Positions 7,620 to 9,093 of a DNA stretch of 9,093 nucleotides are shown here, one piece after another. The stretch covers positions 1-9,093 of the forward strand of contig CAYRPF010000101.1 in NCBI GenBank assembly GCA_964426185.1. The letters run 5' to 3'. The notes under the pieces are model-generated. The model saw nothing but the letters and a program-made list of their open reading frames with translations. It had not been told where the DNA came from and did no database searches. Each line of letters begins with the position of its first letter. The first letter of the stretch is position 1. This DNA is from an uncultured archaeon (GTDB lineage Archaea > Asgardarchaeota > Lokiarchaeia > Sigyniarchaeales > Promethearchaeaceae). Made by a program: the position numbers and the translations under genes.

Positions 7620-7820
7620 TTAATCAGATACATCTAATTCAAAGAGTTGTGAAACTGGAATATCAAAAAATTTAGCAATTTTCAATGCTAAAATAAGGTT
7701 TGGTTTTTTTGTTCCATTTTCAATATAGGAGATCATTTGACGGGATACCCCTACTGCTTCAGCAAGTTCCTGTTGTGAAAGATGGAAATTTTCTCTGTAT
7801 TCACGCACCCTATTCTTCAT
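7620..7820 (-). CDS. XRE-family (cro/C1-type HTH) transcriptional regulator, 66 aa, CylR2-like
   Basis: MKNRVREYR..LSQQELAEAVGVSRQMISYIENG..PNLILALKIAKFF..P..QLF is a complete small XRE. I moved the start from 7910 to ATG 7820, which has AAGGA at 7836-7832 and AATATAAA at 7856-7849 upstream. Confidence 0.9.
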   Translation of the reverse strand: MKNRVREYRENFHLSQQELAEAVGVSRQMISYIENGTKKPNLILALKIAKFFDIPVSQLFELDVSD

Positions 7821-7864
7821 TATCTTAGATATCCTTGAATTATGCTGCTTTATATTCATGTAGT

Positions 7865-7880
7865 GAAAAACAGAAAAAAG
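7865..7880 (-). terminator. Possible oligo-T (archaeal-type) terminator after the PH-XRE gene
   Basis: The minus strand reads CTTTTTTCTGTTTTTC starting ~14 nt after the TGA; I saw no GC hairpin. Confidence 0.35.
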
Positions 7881-7893
7881 ATAGTTCTGCTTA

Positions 7894-8742
7894 TCAATCT
7901 GTGAGTTCAAATAATTCTTCTATTGGAACTTTGAATGTATGTGCTATTTTCATAGCCAGAGTTAAAGAAGGCACGTATTCTCCTGATTCCAAATATTGAA
8001 TTGTGCTTTCTGAGACACCAATTTTATCGGCCAATTGAGGGATTGTAATTCCTTCTTTTTCTCGTAATAATCGAATCTTGGTTCTTATTTGATCTTTCTC
8101 CCGCATTTTTGATAGAAAATAGGCAATAAACTCATCAAATACCACATTGTTATCAGAAAATACATTGGACGAAACAGATTTTGGGATATTTTGTGTGTAT
8201 TTATGCACTAATTGATTCATTTTTTCCTCAATAATTGACGGATTACGAACTCCCGGGATATATCCTTCTGGACGAATACTTCCTTTTTGAGCACTTGCTG
8301 CAGCAGCACTTGAACCTGCAGTTTCGATTTTTATTTTATAAATTTTGAGTATTCGATCTCTAATGTTCTGGTAGATTGCCACGTTTTGAATGCGTGAATA
8401 AGGTATGGTAGTCTTAGTTTTAGTTAAAACACCATATCTAATTATAATAAACTTATCTGTAAATTCATATGAAAACGCTTTTACATATAATACTGAGAAT
8501 ATAAGGGTTAATCCAATGATGAGAACAGTAACTCCAATCATTACCCAGAATATGACAATCCAAAGTAATCCTTCATTTAAATTACTATTCTCATCTCTGG
8601 CGATCAGTATAATCAACCATCCAATTCCGTAGATAATCAAATCAACTAATAAAGTGCCTATTATACTTCCAATTACTTCATGTTTGACAAATGCTGGGTC
8701 AATACCATGAATATCTTCATGTTCCGATGTTGTCGGTTTCAT
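7894..8742 (-). CDS. Membrane protein: 2 TM helices + bacterial PH domain (bPH_2/YdbS-like) + C-terminal XRE HTH
   Basis: Hydrophobic segments at aa ~23-48 and ~59-87. YEFTDKFIIIRYGVLTKTKTTIPYSRIQNV..Q..DRIL....IKIETAG is the bPH_2 pattern. aa ~220-282 (nt 8085-7897) form an XRE domain. Confidence 0.88.
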   Translation of the reverse strand: MKPTTSEHEDIHGIDPAFVKHEVIGSIIGTLLVDLIIYGIGWLIILIARDENSNLNEGLLWIVIFWVMIGVTVLIIGLTLIFSVLYVKAFSYEFTDKFIIIRYGVLTKTKTTIPYSRIQNVAIYQNIRDRILKIYKIKIETAGSSAAAASAQKGSIRPEGYIPGVRNPSIIEEKMNQLVHKYTQNIPKSVSSNVFSDNNVVFDEFIAYFLSKMREKDQIRTKIRLLREKEGITIPQLADKIGVSESTIQYLESGEYVPSLTLAMKIAHTFKVPIEELFELTD

Positions 8743-8807
8743 TTTCTTTGATTTTCACTTCTTTTTTTCATAGCTTCTATTGGAGCAAAATAGCAATCAA
8801 AATTTTC

Positions 8808-8822
8808 GCAACCAATAGTTGC
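8808..8822. promoter_or_regulatory. Operator-like inverted repeat 1, GCAAC-N5-GTTGC
   Basis: GCAAC CAATA GTTGC read directly from the sequence; it matches the repeat at 8859-8873. Confidence 0.7.
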
Positions 8823-8845
8823 ACAAGAAAAATATAGGTTTGAAG

Positions 8846-8858
8846 TATAAAAAGCTTT
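8846..8858 (-). promoter_or_regulatory. Putative archaeal BRE-TATA promoter of the PH-XRE gene
   Basis: The minus strand reads AAAGC-TTTTTATA, lying between the two inverted repeats; the predicted TSS is near 8820-8826. Confidence 0.55.
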
Positions 8859-8874
8859 GCAACCAGCGGTTGCA
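8858..8874. promoter_or_regulatory. Operator-like inverted repeat 2, TGCAACC-N3-GGTTGCA
   Basis: Perfect 7-3-7 inverted repeat, GC-rich against an AT-rich intergenic background; same core as 8808-8822. Confidence 0.75.
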
Positions 8875-9051
8875 TTTTATGGTTTCAAATTTCAACACAA
8901 ATTTTTAAACACAAATAGATATCTTAAATTAAGGAAGGCGGAAATAATGATTTGGCACTGGCTTTCTACACAAGATCACACCTCAGTTATAAGGTACAAT
9001 TTAACAGGATTTTCATCAACAACTAGATGGCTTTGCCCAATGAGATTTTAA

Positions 9052-9087
9052 TTTTATTTAATATTATCACTGCCGAATTAAATAAAA
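9052..9087. repeat. 11-bp AT-only inverted repeat with 14-nt spacer
   Basis: TTTTATTTAAT (9052-9062) and ATTAAATAAAA (9077-9087) are exact reverse complements. Confidence 0.45.
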
Positions 9088-9093
9088 AACTAT

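Noticed and set aside
7821-7910. 30-aa N-terminal extension of the XRE in the ORF track
   Set aside because: It overlaps the upstream gene and spans the T-tract and TATA-like sequence; the domain begins at MKNRV (ATG 7820).
8405-8632. 75-aa + strand ORF
   Set aside because: It is antisense to the TM/PH coding region and has no independent support.
8808-8874. Two similar palindromes 51 bp apart as a mini-CRISPR or transposon ends
   Set aside because: There are only two copies of ~15 bp, with no cas or transposase gene, and promoter geometry explains them better.
8739-8876. Cys-rich open frame on the - strand with repeated AT(A/I)GC peptide
   Set aside because: There is no ATG/GTG/TTG start before 8771, and the peptide repeat is just the translation of the two DNA operators.

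Overview
AT-rich, gene-dense prokaryotic window. Several BRE/TATA-like promoters and an oligo-T tract suggest an archaeal host; an Asgard/Lokiarchaeia-like origin is my inference and cannot be proven from this window. The + strand carries the C-terminal ~1130 aa of a 5'-truncated type I PKS/FAS-like megasynthase (ACP with Thr at the usual Ser position, PfaA-like KR, DH, fused Sfp-type PPTase), followed by a translationally coupled alpha/beta hydrolase that may act as a thioesterase. The convergent - strand carries, in transcription order: a 2TM-bPH_2-XRE fusion, a 66-aa soluble XRE repressor, biotin carboxylase, a stand-alone BCCP and an IPMDH (leuB-like). The promoter of the 2TM-PH-XRE gene is bracketed by two GCAAC-N5-GTTGC inverted repeats. 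Two candidate systems stand out: a self-priming Thr-ACP PKS/FAS with release enzyme and nearby carboxylase subunits, and a membrane-tethered degenerate XRE plus a soluble XRE plus a double operator.
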